Source: Eledone cirrhosa
Lineage: Eukaryota
Length of the DNA stretch: 64,000 bases
Reading direction: 5' to 3'
NCBI GenBank assembly: GCA_964016885.1
Contig: OZ024741.1
Coordinates: 406,410,001-406,474,000 of the forward strand
The position numbers were made by a program, and so were the translations under genes. Positions within the stretch are counted from its first letter, which is position 1. Every line of letters starts with the position of its first letter. The notes beneath the pieces are model-generated. The model made no database searches. It was not told where the DNA came from and worked only from the letters and a program-made list of their open reading frames with translations. Below are positions 30,001-44,425 of this stretch, piece after piece.

Positions 30001-30995
30001 TAAAGACAGAGGTTGGTGGACAATGACATGTAAGGAGGATTGAGTTACTGTGAACTTAAAGACAGAGGTTGGTGGACAATGACATGTAAGGAGGAGTGAG
30101 TTACTGTGAACTTAAAGACAGAGGTTGGTGGACAATGGCATGTAAGGAGGAGTGAGTTACTGTGAACTTAAAGACAGAGGTTGGTGGACAATGGCATGTA
30201 AGGAGGATTGAGTTACTGTGAACTTAAAGACAGAGGTTGGTGGACAATGGCATGTAAGGAGGATTGAGTTACTGTGAACTTAAAGACAGAGGTTGGTGGA
30301 CAATGACATGTAAGGAGGATTGAGTTACTGTGAACTTAAAGACAGAGGTTGGTGGACAATGGCATGTAAGGAGGATTGAGTTACTGTGAACTTAAAGACA
30401 GAGGTTGGTGGACAATGGCATGTAAGGGGGATTGAGTTACTGTGAACTTAAATACAGAGCTTGGTGGACAATGGCATGTAAGGAGGATTGAGTTACTGTG
30501 AACTTAAAGACAGAGGTTGGTGGACAATGGCATGTAAGGAGGATTGAGTTACGATGAACTTAAAGACAGAGTTTGGTGGACAATGGCATGTAAGGAGGAT
30601 TGAGTTACTGTGAACTTAAAGACAGAGTTTGGTGGACAATTGCATGTAAGGAGGATTGAGTTACTGTGAACTTAAAGACAGGGGTTGGTGGACAATGGCA
30701 TGTAAGGAGGATTGAGTTACTGTGAACTTAAAGACAGAGTTTGGTGGACAATTGCATGTAAGGAGGATTGAGTTACTGTGAACTTAAAGACAGAGGTTGT
30801 TGGACAATGGCATGTAAGGAGGATTGAGTTACTGTGAACTTAAAAACAGAGTTTGGTGGACAATTGCATGTAAGGAGGATTGAGTTACTGTGAACTTAAA
30901 GACAGAGGTTGGTGGACAATGGCATGTAAGGGGGATTGAGTTACTGTGAACTTAAAGACAGAGGTTGGTGGACAATGGCATATAAGGAGGATTGA
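1..30995. repeat. 56-bp satellite array (~550 monomers, runs off the window start)
   Basis: Consensus TGGACAATGGCATGTAAGGAGGATTGAGTTACTGTGAACTTAAAGACAGAGGTTGG. Phase recurs exactly every 840 bp (15x56) throughout, and I saw only substitution variants. Confidence 0.99.
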
Positions 30996-30998
30996 TAA

Positions 30999-31162
30999 TT
31001 TCTTCTCTGAAGACCTTCTGCTGTCCAGCTCTCCTGAGAGTTTCTTCTCTGAAGACCTTCTGTTGTCCAGCTCTCCTGAGAGTTTCTTTTCTGAAGACCT
31101 TCTGTTGTCTAGCTCTCCTGAAGCTCTCTTCTCTGAAGACCTTCTGTTGTCCAGCTCTCCTG
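30999..31162. repeat. 42-bp minisatellite, ~4 copies
   Basis: Unit TTCTTCTCTGAAGACCTTCTGYTGTCCAGCTCTCCTGAGAGT. It gives the 14-aa repeats in the overlapping ORFs. Confidence 0.93.
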
Positions 31163-31416
31163 GGGGATTCTTACCACTAGCCCAGTTGATAGTAAACTTA
31201 TATACTTTATTCAATATATATAGTATATAATAATTATAATTATAATTGAATATAAAAGAAAAACGAATACAGATATATACATATATGTGTTCAAATCACA
31301 AGGGACCATATTCGCTAAGGTGAAAAGAATACTAACTATAGACAATAGGGATTGCCTGTCTCAATTTAAGAAAAAATCAAGAAAATATATACAAACCGGA
31401 ATTGTGGTAACTACCA

Positions 31417-31494
31417 ATCACCCAAACAGCTTGGTGCTGTTTCGCAATATTAATTGTGAATAGAACTACCAATTCTTGCTCATCAGTGGGTGAT
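31417..31494 (-). ncRNA. Type I hammerhead ribozyme motif
   Basis: Minus strand: ATCACCCA-CTGATGA-GCAAGAATTG...CAATTAATATTGC-GAAA-CAGC accaa GCTG-TT-TGGGTGAT. It has an 8-bp stem I, an intact core, stems II and III, and a GUU triplet. Confidence 0.82.
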
Positions 31495-31624
31495 GAATTT
31501 GTATCCTAGAGACTTCTAAGTATATTAAGGAACTGAATAGTGTGCTATATATAATAACTCACATGGTATCTTAGCGTGTCTCACAAACTTACACCGCTAA
31601 AAATAGCAGCCAGGTCTATTCGAC

Positions 31625-31746
<122 letters not shown>

Positions 31747-31751
31747 GAAAA

Positions 31752-32025
31752 AAAACGATATTTCATTTCCCACTCTTAGTACGGCTGTTACTTAAATATA
31801 AGTAATGTCAGTGTTGAACAAACGAGCAACGGTGGTTGCTAGACACTACGGCTTAATACGGGATGTTTGTTTACAAACACACCGAGCATTATAATAAATG
31901 TTCGGTGAATCCATACGTGCATATATATATATATATGTGTGCATGTATGTATATATATATATATATACATACTACTGTACGTCTGTATACATATATGTAT
32001 GTACGTGTACATACTTATATATATA
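31752..32025. mobile_element. Rearranged copy of the 55.9-56.6 kb hammerhead-bearing repeat family (Penelope pLTR-like)
   Basis: 31753-31804 matches 55963-56014 directly, while ~31806-32020 matches the reverse complement of ~56007-56220. Flanked by (TA)n. Confidence 0.7.
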
Positions 32026-32174
32026 TATATATATATGATATTAATAAATGGAAACTATATTTATAAAACCATCATATGGTTTTATAAATATAGTTTCCAT
32101 TTATTAATATCATACTCCAGAAAATCTGTCGAGTGCTTCGAATCAGTTATAAATATATATATTTGTTGAATTGC

Positions 32175-32225
<51 letters not shown>

Positions 32226-32233
<8 letters not shown>

Positions 32234-32457
32234 ATACTTTGGGAGGGTCATGTTGCCTATAAGAAACACACGCACCATTGCTTTCACTTCAATTTATTAT
32301 AATAAATTTATAAATTTAGGAATTTATAAATTTCCGGTTGGTTGGTTGGTTCCACAACCAGATGGTTGTTTATATATTGTCAAAGTTCTTTCGTCACACA
32401 TTCTGTGACCTCTTCACACGTTTTCAGATAAAGAATCTTGCTAAACAAATTCAGAAA

Positions 32458-32460
<3 letters not shown>
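32226..32460 (-). mobile_element. Short Penelope-like remnant related to the 32746-33770 element, with truncated hammerhead core
   Basis: Shares the left end TATTGTTATACTT(T/G)GGGAGGGTCAT and the right end CACACG.TTTCA.AT.AA with the neighbouring element. Minus-strand core TGAAGA-G-GTCACA gaatg TGTGAC-GAAA at 32381-32416. Flanked by (TA)n. Confidence 0.62.
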
Positions 32461-32536
<76 letters not shown>

Positions 32537-32537
32537 A

Positions 32538-32630
<93 letters not shown>

Positions 32631-32745
32631 AGTATATATATATATAGATATATAGATATATAATATATATATATATAATATATATATATAGATATATAGA
32701 TATATAATATATATATATATAATATATATATATAGATATATAGAT

Positions 32746-33946
<1,201 letters not shown>

Positions 33947-33956
33947 AAGATATAAA

Positions 33957-36705
33957 GTAATAGTAACGATATATAGTGATAGCACAGATATATATATGTA
34001 TTGATAGTAACGAAATATAGTGATAGCACAGATATATATAGTGATAGTAACGATATATAGTGATAGCACAGATATATATAGTGATAGTACACTGTATACA
34101 GTGATAGCACAGATATATATATATTGATAGTAACGATATACAATGATAGCACAGATATATATAGTGATAGTAACGATATACAGTGATAGCACAGATATAT
34201 ATAGTGATAGTAACGATATATAGTGATAGCACAGATATATATAGTGATAGTACACTGTATACAGTGATAGCACAGATATATATATATTGATAGTAACGAT
34301 ATACAATGATAGCACAGATATATATAGTGATAGTAACGATATACAGTGATAGCACAGATATATATAGTGATAGTTACGATATATAGTGATAGCACAGATA
34401 TATATAGTGATAGTACACTGTATACAGTGATAGCACAGATATATATATATTGATAGTAACGATATACAATGATAGCACAGATATATATAGTGATAGTAAC
34501 GATATACAGTGATAGCACAGATATATATAGTGATAGTAACGATATATAGTGATAGCACAGATATATATAGTGATAGTACACTGTATACAGTGATAGCACA
34601 GATATATATATATTGATAGTAACGATATACAATGATAGCACAGATATATATAGTGATAGTAACGATATACAGTGATAGCACAGATATATATAGTGATAGT
34701 AACGATATATAGTGATAGCACAGATATATATAGTGATAGTACACTGTATACAGTGATAGCACAGATATATATATATTGATAGTAACGATATACAATGATA
34801 GCACAGATATATATAGTGATAGTAACGATATACAGTGATAGCACAGATATATATAGTGATAGTTACGATATATAGTGATAGCACAGATATATATATATAT
34901 TGATAGTTACGATATATAGTGATAGCACAGATATATATATATTGATAGTAACGATATATAGTGATAGCACAGATATATATAGTGATAGTAACGATATACA
35001 GTGATAGCACAGATATATATAGTGATAGTTACGATATATAGTGATAGCACAGATATATATATATATTGATAGTAACGATATATAGTGATAGCACAGATAT
35101 ATATAGTGATAGTACACTGTATACAGTGATAGCACAGATATATATATATTGATAGTAACGATATACAATGATAGCACAGATATATATAGTGATAGTAACG
35201 ATATACAGTGATAGCACAGATATATATATAGTGATAGTAACGATATACAATGATAGCACAGATATATATAGTGATAGTAACGATATACAGTGATAGCACA
35301 GATATATATAGTGATAGTAACGATATATAGTGATAGCACAGATATATATAGTGATAGTAACGATATACAGTGATAGCACAGATATATATAGTGATAGTAA
35401 CGATATACAGTGATAGCACAGATATATATAGTGATAGTAACGATATACAGTGATAGCACAGATATATATAGTGATAGTAACGATTTATAGTGATAGCACA
35501 GATATATATAGTGATAGTTACGATATACAGTGATAGCACAGATATATATATAGTGATAGTTACGATATACAGTGATAGCACAGATATATATAGTGATAGT
35601 AACGATATATAATGATAGCACAGATATATATAGTGATAGTAACGATATATAGTGATAGCACAGATATATATAGTGATAGTAACAATATATAGTGATAGCA
35701 CAGATATATATAGTGATAGTAACGATATATAATGATAGCACAGATATATATAGTGATAGTTACGATATATAGTGATAGCACAGATATATATAGTGATAGT
35801 ACACTGTATACAGTGATAGCACAGATATATATATATTGATAGTAACGATATACAATGATAGCACAGATATATATAGTGATAGTAACGATATACAGTGATA
35901 GCACAGATATATATATAGTGATAGTAACGATATACAATGATAGCACAGATATATATAGTGATAGTAACGATATACAGTGATAGCACAGATATATATAGTG
36001 ATAGTAACGATATATAGTGATAGCACAGATATATATAGTGATAGTAACGATATACAGTGATAGCACAGATATATATAGTGATAGTAACGATATACAGTGA
36101 TAGCACAGATGTATATAGTGATAGTAACGATATACAGTGATAGCACAGATATATATAGTGATAGTAACGATTTATAGTGATAGCACAGATATATATAGTG
36201 ATAGTTACGATATACAGTGATAGCACAGATATATATATAGTGATAGTTACGATATACAGTGATAGCACAGATATATATAGTGATAGTACACTGTATACAG
36301 TGATAGCACAGATATATATATATTGATAGTAACGATATACAATGATAGCACAGATATATATAGTGATAGTAACGATATACAGTGATAGCACAGATATATA
36401 TATAGTGATAGTAACGATATACAATGATAGCACAGATATATATAGTGATAGTTACGATATACAGTGATAGCACAGATATATATAGTGATAGTAACGATAT
36501 ATAGTGATAGCACAGATATATATATAGTGATAGTTACGATATATAGTGATAGCACAGATATATATAGTGATAGTAACGATATATAATGATAGCACAGATA
36601 TATATAGTGATAGTTACGATATATAGTGATAGCACAGATATATATAATGATAGTAACGATATACAGTGATAGCACAGATATATATAATGATAGTAACGAT
36701 ATACA
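33957..36705. repeat. ~40-bp AT-rich satellite (21+19 bp subunits) with local 163-bp higher-order unit
   Basis: GTGATAGCACAGATATATATA + GTGATAGTAACGATATACA. The variant TACACTG recurs at 34088, 34251, 34414, 34577 and 34740. Confidence 0.97.
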
Positions 36706-36811
36706 GGCTGACCACACAAACCATTCCTTGATTTCAAATATTTATAATATGAAAACTTAAATGAATATTCTTACAATATTGGTGGCTACAGTTGTATAAA
36801 CTAACAAAGTT

Positions 36812-36997
36812 CATGTGGTATTGCTTGATATCACATGTGGTATTGGTTGATATCATACCATGTGGTATTGGTTGATATCACATGTGGTATTGGTTGTTAT
36901 CATAACATGTGGTATTGGTTGATATCACATGTGGTATTGGTTGATATCATACCCTGTGGTATTGGTTGATATCACATGTGGTATTGGTTGATATCAT
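36812..36997. repeat. Short tandem repeat alternating ~22/27-bp units
   Basis: CATGTGGTATTGGTTGATATCA(TACCA) about 7-8 times. Confidence 0.9.
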
Positions 36998-37134
36998 AGA
37001 CACTCGATGTCTGCCCCTTCTGTTGCTCAGCAAACATCAGTATTATAATCAAGCTCGTTTTGATATTATAAATATTTGAAATGACGGAGTGTGTTGGGGT
37101 CCCCCTGTATATTGATACTAAAGATATTAAGGTA

Positions 37135-37278
37135 TATATATTGATAGCACAAATATATATATTGATAGTACAAATATATATATTGATAGTACAAATATAT
37201 ATTGATAATAAAGATATATATTGATAGTAAAGATATATATTGATAATAAAGATATATATTGATAATAAAGATATATAC
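37135..37278. repeat. ~20-bp degenerate tandem repeat related to the 40-bp satellite subunit
   Basis: ATTGATAG(C/T)ACAAATATATAT / ATTGATAATAAAGATATAT units. Confidence 0.8.
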
Positions 37279-37344
37279 ATGGTAAATAAATATACACATG
37301 AAGTCCGAACACAATGGAACTAAACTCCTACTGTTACTGCCTCC

Positions 37345-37413
<69 letters not shown>

Positions 37414-37700
37414 TTTCTCTCTCTCTCTCTCTATCTATCTATCTCTCTCTCTATTATAAGCTGTATATTGTATTAAAGATTCTAAAAGAAATACAAGGAA
37501 AAGTAAAAGTTTTCCAAGTTCCTAACTTCTTAGAATCATAGAAACAAAATCTTAGTAAAAAACACTCCTGATAGATTGCTTTGGAAAAGTTATTACTTTT
37601 CAAGTGCAACAATCTCTTCTAAACGGGTTGGGAAAAGCTCATCTGTTGCATCGTTCTTCCTATTGTATTCAGTTTATTCTACTAAGAATCAATAATCAGA

Positions 37701-38096
<396 letters not shown>

Positions 38097-38448
38097 GGGG
38101 GAGAACTTAATAGTTTCCTTTATTTCCTTCTCACGGATATCACGCACCTGTTTGATGGGAATAAACCCATTATTTTCCATGTGTATACAGCCTAACATTG
38201 TATTTTATATTATCGTATAAAATCAATGGATTATTCCCTGCTATTGTCTTTCCTTAACTTCTCACTGAAAAATTAAAGGTTCCTTGCTCAATATTTCATT
38301 GTTTCTTTCCTGAGCAATAAATAAATTTTCTTTTCTATTACAAAATAAACATTTCATTCTTCCACATAGAATTCGTTTTGTTTTGTTTTTTCCTTTTATT
38401 TTGTAAGATGGAGAAAGTAACTCAATTTCTTGTTATTGTTATTTTCAA

Positions 38449-38640
38449 GGCGGTGGGTTGGCAGTATCAGTAGAGGGTCGGTCGCCATGATTTGCAGCAT
38501 AGTTACGGCCCTTTATGGTCTGAGTTCAAATCCCGCCGAGGTTAACTTTGCCGTTCCTCCTTATGGGGTTGATAAAATAAAATACCAGTAATACACTGGG
38601 GTAATTGCTGGCCTTGTGCCAAAAGTAGAAACAATTATTA
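38449..38640 (+). mobile_element. tRNA-derived SINE, near full length
   Basis: A-box-like TGGCAGTATCAGTAG, B-box GAGTTCAAATCCC, conserved body ACTTTGCC..TC.TCCTTA.GGGGT.GATAAAATAAA.TACCAGT and tail AGAAACAATTATTA. About 12 copies occur in the window. Confidence 0.88.
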
Positions 38641-38728
38641 TTTTGTAAGGTGGAGAAAGTAACTCAATTCCTTGTTATTGTTATTTTCAGATGTATTCTT
38701 TATGTTATTTACTAATATATTGCAGCGA

Positions 38729-41700
38729 GAAGGAAGTACGTGATTGAAGGGAAGTACGTGATTGAAGGGAAGTACGTGATTGAAGGGAAGTACGTGATTG
38801 AAGGGAAGTACGTGATTGAAGGGAGGTACGTGATTGAAGGGAAGTAGGTGATTGAGGGAAGTACGTGATTGAAGGGAAGTACGTGATTGAAGGGAAGTAC
38901 GTGATTGAAGGGAAGTACGTGATTGAAGGGAGGTACGTGATTGAAGGGAAGTAGGTGATTGAAGGGAAGTACGTGATTGAAGGGAAGTACGTGATTGAAG
39001 GGAGGTACGTGATTGAAGGGAAGTAGGTGATTGAGGGAAGTACGTGATTGAAGGGAAGTACGTGATTGAAGGGAAGTACGTGATTGAAGGGAAGTACGTG
39101 ATTGAAGGGAAGTACGTGATTGAAGGAAAGTACGTGATTGAGGGGAGTACGTGATTGAAGGGAAGTACGTGATTGAGGGAAGTACGTGATTGAGGGGAAG
39201 TACGTGATTGAAGGGAAGTACGTGATTGAAGGGAAGTACGTGATTGAAGGGAAGTACGTGATTGAAGGGAAGTACGTGATTGAGGGAAGTACGTGATTGA
39301 AGGGAAGTACGTGATTGAGGGAAGTACGTGATTGAAGGGAAGTACGTGATTGAGGGAAGTACGTGATTGAAGGGAAGTACGTGATTGAAGGGAAGTACGT
39401 GATTGAAGGGAAGTACGTGATTGAGGGAAGTACGTGATTGAAGGGAAGTACGTGATTGAGGGAAGTACGTGATTGAAGGGAAGTACGTGGTTGAGGGAAG
39501 TACGTGATTGAAGGGAAGTACGTGATTGAGGGAAGTACGTGATTGAGGGAAGTACGTGATTGAAGGGAAGTACGTGATTGAAGGGAAGTACGTGGTTGAG
39601 GGAAGTACGTGATTGAAGGGAAGTACGTGATTGAGGGAAGTACGTGATTGAAGGGAAGTACGTGATTGAAGGGAAGTACGTGATTGAAGGGAAGTACGTG
39701 ATTGAGGGAAGTACGTGATTGAAGGGAAGTACGTGATTGAGGGAAGTACGTGATTGAAGGGAAGTACGTGATTGAGGGAAGTACGTGATTGAAGGGAAGT
39801 ACGTGATTGAGGGAAGTACGTGATTGAAGGGAAGTACGTGATTCAAGGGAAGTACGTGATTGAAGGGAAGTACGTGATTGAAGGGAAGTACGTGATTGAG
39901 GGAAGTACGTGATTGAAGGGAAGTACGCGATTGAAGGGAAGTACGTGATTGAGGGAAGTACGTGATTGAAGGGAAGTACGTGATTGAAGGGAAGTACGTG
40001 ATTGAGGGAAGTACGTGATTGAAGGGAAGTACGTGATTGAGGGAAGTACGTGATTGAAGGGAAGTACGTGATTGAGGGAAGTACGTGATTGAAGGGAAAT
40101 ACGTGATTGAGGGAAGTACGTGATTGAAGGGAAGTACGTGATTGAGGGAAGTACGTGATTGAAGGGAAGTACGTGATTGAGGGAAGTACGTGATTGAGGG
40201 AAGTACGTGATTGAAGGGAAGTACGTGATTGAGGGAAGCACGTGATTGAAGGGAAGTACGTGATTGAAGGGAAGTACGTGATTGAGTGAAGTACGTGATT
40301 GAAGGGAAGTACGTAATTGAGGGAAGTACGTGATTGAAGGGAAGTACGTGATTGGAGGGAAGTACGTGATTGAAGGGAAGTACGTGATTGAAGGGAAGTA
40401 CGTGATTGAGGGAAGTACGTGATTGAAGGGAAGTACGTGATTGAGGGAAGTACTTGATTGAAGGGAAGTACGTGATTGAGGGAAGTACGTGATTGAAGGG
40501 AAGTACGTGATTGAGGGAAGTACGTGATTGAGGGAAGTACGTGATTGAAGGGAAGTACGTGATTGAGGGAAGTACGTGATTGAAGGGAAGTACGTGATTG
40601 AAGGGAAGTACGTGATTGAAGGAAGTACGTGATTGAAGGGAAGTACGTGATTGAAGGGAAGTACGTGATTGAAGGGAAGTACGTGATTGAAGGGAAGTAC
40701 GTGATTGAAGGGAAGTACGTGATTGAGGGAAGCACGTGATTGAAGGGAAGTACGTGATTGAAGGGACGTACGTGATTGAGGGAAGTACGTGATTGAAGGG
40801 AAGTACGTGATTGAGGGAAGTACTTGATTGAAGGGAAGTACGTGATTGAGGGAAGTACGTGATTGAAGGGAAGTACGTGATTGAGGGAAGTACGTGATTG
40901 AGGGAAGAACGTGATTGAAGGGAAGTACGTGATTGAGGGAAGTACGTGATTGAAGGGAAGTACGTGATTGAACGGAAGTACGTGATTGAAGGAAGTACGT
41001 GATTGAAGGGAAGTACGTGATTGAAGGGAAGTACGTGATTGAAGGGAAGTACGTGATTGAAGGGAAGTACGTGATTGAAGGGAAGTACGTGATTGAAGGG
41101 AAGTACGTGATTGAGGGAAGTACGTGATTGAAGGGAAGTACGTGATTGAAGGGAAGTACGTGATTGGGGGAAGTACGTGATTGAAGGGAAGTACGTGATT
41201 GAAGGGAAGTACGTGATTGAGGGAAGTACGTGATTGAAGGGAAGTACGTGATTGAAGGGAAGTACGTGATTGAGGGAAGTACGTGATTGAAGGGAAGTAC
41301 GTGATTGAAGGGAAGTACGTGAATGAGGAAATACGTGATTGAAGGGAAGTACGTGATTGAGGGAAGTACGTGATTGAAGGGAAGTACGTGATTGATTGGA
41401 ATTACGTGATTGAGGGAAGTACGTTATTGAAGGGAAGTACGTGATTGAAGGGAAGTACGTGATTGAGGGAAGTACGTGATTGAAGGGAAGTACGTGATTG
41501 AAGGGAAGTACGTAATTGAGGAAAGTACGTGATTGAAGGGAAGTACGTGATTGAGGGAAGTACGTGATTGAAGGGAAGTATGTGATTGAGGGAAGTACGT
41601 GATTGAAGGGAAGTACGTGATTGAAGGGAAGTACGTGATTGAGGGAAGTACGTGATTGAAGGGAAGTACGCGATTGAAGGGAAGTACGTGATTGAGGGAA

Positions 41701-42502
41701 GTACGTGATTGAAGGGAAGTACGTGATTGAAGGGAAGTACGTGATTGAGGGAAGTACGTGATTGAAGGGAAGTACGTGATTGAGGGAAGTACGTGATTGA
41801 AGGAAGTACGTGATTGAAGGGAAGTACGTGATTGAGGGAAGTACGTGATTGAAGGGAAGTACGTGATTGAGGGAAGTACGTGATTGAAGGGAAGTACGTG
41901 ATTGAGGGAAGTACGTGATTGAAGGGAAGTACCTGATTGAGGGAAGTACGTGATTGAAGGGAAATACGTGATTGAGGGAAGTACGTGATTGAACGGAAGT
42001 ACGTGATTGAGGGAAGTACGTGATTGAGGGAAGTACGTGATTGAGGGAAGTACGTGATTGAAGGGAAGTACGTGATTGAGGGAAGCACGTGATTGAAGGG
42101 AAGTACGTGATTGAAGGGAAGTACGTGATTGAAGGGAAGTACGTGATTGAGAGAAGTACGTGATTGAAGGGAAGTACGTGATTGAGGGAAGTACGTGATT
42201 GAAGGGAAGTACGTGATTGAGGGAAGTACGTGATTGAAGGGAAGTACGTGATTGAGGGAAGTACGTGATTGAAGGGAAGTACGTGATTGAGGGAAGTACG
42301 TGATTGAAAGGAAGTACGTGATTGAAGGGAAGTACGTGATTGAAGGGAAGTACGTGATTGAGGGAAGTACGTGATTGAAGGGAAGTACGTGATTGAAGGG
42401 AAGTACGTGATTGAAGGGAAGTACGTGATTGAGGGAAGTACGTGATTGAAGGGAAGTACGTGATTGAAGGGAAGTACGTGATTGAGGGAAGTACGTGATT
42501 GA
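38729..42502. repeat. 18/17-bp satellite (~215 copies)
   Basis: GAAGGGAAGTACGTGATT interspersed with the 1-bp-shorter GAGGGAAGTACGTGATT. Confidence 0.99.
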
Positions 42503-42670
42503 CGCGAAAACAAAACAATTTCCATTAAGACTCGCAATAAACCTGCTTCTAGATTAATATATTGATACATTGATATTTATCGATATTGTGAACATTCTGT
42601 TTATTTCAAATTTTCCAATAGCTAAATAGCTTGACGATATTGGAGTTATATATAAATGACGATATTGCAG

Positions 42671-42769
<99 letters not shown>

Positions 42770-42809
42770 ATTATATATTTATATATATTATATATTATAT
42801 ATTTATATA

Positions 42810-42856
<47 letters not shown>

Positions 42857-42861
<5 letters not shown>

Positions 42862-42988
42862 AACGAGTAGGACCCCGACGGCTGAGCTCAAGCCGTTTCG
42901 ACGGCTAATTCTGGACTAAATGCATTTTGTCCAGAATTAGCCGTCGAGCCGGCTTGAGCTCAGCCATCGGGGTCCTACTCGTTCCTAT
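42857..42988. repeat. 132-bp near-perfect GC-rich palindrome within (TA)n
   Basis: 66-bp arms centred on AAATG|CATTT with 4 mismatched pairs. Confidence 0.92.
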
Positions 42989-43067
42989 TACCCACTCTAC
43001 TACCCTAAGTATTGAGTACTTTGGTGCGTTATGGTCCACCTGGTTCCTTACCACATTTCCTTCGTTA

Positions 43068-43130
<63 letters not shown>

Positions 43131-43133
<3 letters not shown>

Positions 43134-43344
43134 CCAAAGATTAATATGGTTCGTTGATTACTCAACGACTGCCAATACTGGAATTGAATAATCAAGACCG
43201 TAGCGGTATATCATATATCAAATCATATATTTTGTCTGATGAGGACGTACTGAAAAAACAACACAGTACCTTTGAAATATATATATATAATAAAGTATAT
43301 ATTTTGATTATGCGAATATTTTTCATTTGTTAACATTTTCAATA

Positions 43345-43345
<1 letters not shown>
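43131..43345 (+). mobile_element. Short hammerhead-bearing element between (TA)n tracts (same family as 52825-53215)
   Basis: Shares CCAA.ACTGGAATTGAA..ATCAAGAC through TTTT.AATAATAT with 52945-53120. Confidence 0.72.
43231..43294 (+). ncRNA. Type I hammerhead ribozyme motif (somewhat degenerate)
   Basis: TTTGT-CTGATGA-GGACGTACTG..CAGTACCTTT-GAAA-TATATATATAT-A-ATAAA. Confidence 0.68.
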
Positions 43346-43400
<55 letters not shown>

Positions 43401-43419
43401 ACATATATATATATATATA

Positions 43420-44245
43420 ACTTTGATAACTTTGATAGTTTTCGGCCAGTATTGGCCCAGGCCCTGTCTAACTTAATAGCATAGCACTACCTGGCGAAGT
43501 CTTACAAATCAGTGTTTGGGCACCATGGTCCACTCGAGCAGAGAGTTATTGTTTACGGAGGCATATCCGGGTGTAGGAGGCTTATCCGGGATTTCTTGAA
43601 GGAATTTATCCAAACACTTCTTGAACTTGATGGGGTCTGTCTCTGCTTTGATGTGTTTTGTTGTAATGTTAAAGAGTGCAAGGCCAATTGAGGTGAAATA
43701 ATTGTGTTGTATTGTTGTTGTGTGGTGCGAGTGGGATTTTTGTTGTGGGCGGATAGCATGGGGCCCAAGCATTGGGTGTACACTAAAGATGATGCCAACA
43801 TCATTTGGGCTAAGCTGATGGAATATTTTCCACATCATAGAGATAATGTAGCGCTCACGGCGACGTTGGAGAGAATAAAGTTTGAGTTTTTCTAATCGAC
43901 TCCAATAGTCAAGGCCTGTCATGCCAACTATCTTTTTTGTAATTGACCTTTGGGGTGCTTCAACTTTCATGATACTTTGTTTCGTATGGGGTGACCACAG
44001 TGGACAACAGTATTCAAGGTGGGGTCGGGCAAAAGTGGAGAAGAGAAGGACAACAGTGTGGATATCTCTCGACTGAAAAGTTCTGAGAGTCCAGGAACAC
44101 ATTCTGCGGGCCATATCAACTTTGCTGTTGATATGAGTGGCCCAGCTTATATTGTTGTCCACAATTACTCCCAGGTCTCTGATGTTATTGGATGCCACCA
44201 AAGTTTCACTCGAAGGAAAAGAGTATGGTAGTTTCAGAGCATAAT
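43420..44245 (-). mobile_element. 5'-truncated LINE (CR1/Jockey group) 3' end, with RT C-terminal region in open frame 43509-44201
   Basis: IRDLGVIVDNNISW..HI, RPHLEYCCPLWSPH, YWSRLEKLKLYSLQRRRERY and FKKCLDKFLQEIPD are typical post-RT LINE ORF2 motifs. A short tandem 3' tail (TATCAAAGT)x2 runs into (TA)n. Confidence 0.93.
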
Positions 44246-44425
44246 TTATATATATATATAAATTATATATTTATATATATATATTTTTATATATATATAA
44301 ATATATAATATATAATATATATATATAAATATATATAAATATATATATATATATGTGTGTGTGTTTGTGTGTGTATGTATATATGTATGTATGTATATAT
44401 ATATATATATATTATATATATATAT

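Noticed and set aside
1-30995. CRISPR-like array
   Set aside because: Head-to-tail monomers with no unique spacers, no cas genes, and a eukaryotic context. The same applies to the other arrays.
38144-38192. Possible ~44-nt minus-strand exon ending CAG|GTGCGT
   Set aside because: Poor polypyrimidine tract and no supporting gene context.
38449-38540. tRNA gene
   Set aside because: A and B boxes are present but there is no cloverleaf, and it is the head of a multicopy SINE.
38638-42570. 1310-aa and overlapping minus-strand ORFs
   Set aside because: These are translations of the 18/17-bp satellite. The peptide switches among all three frame phases, so there is no frame conservation.
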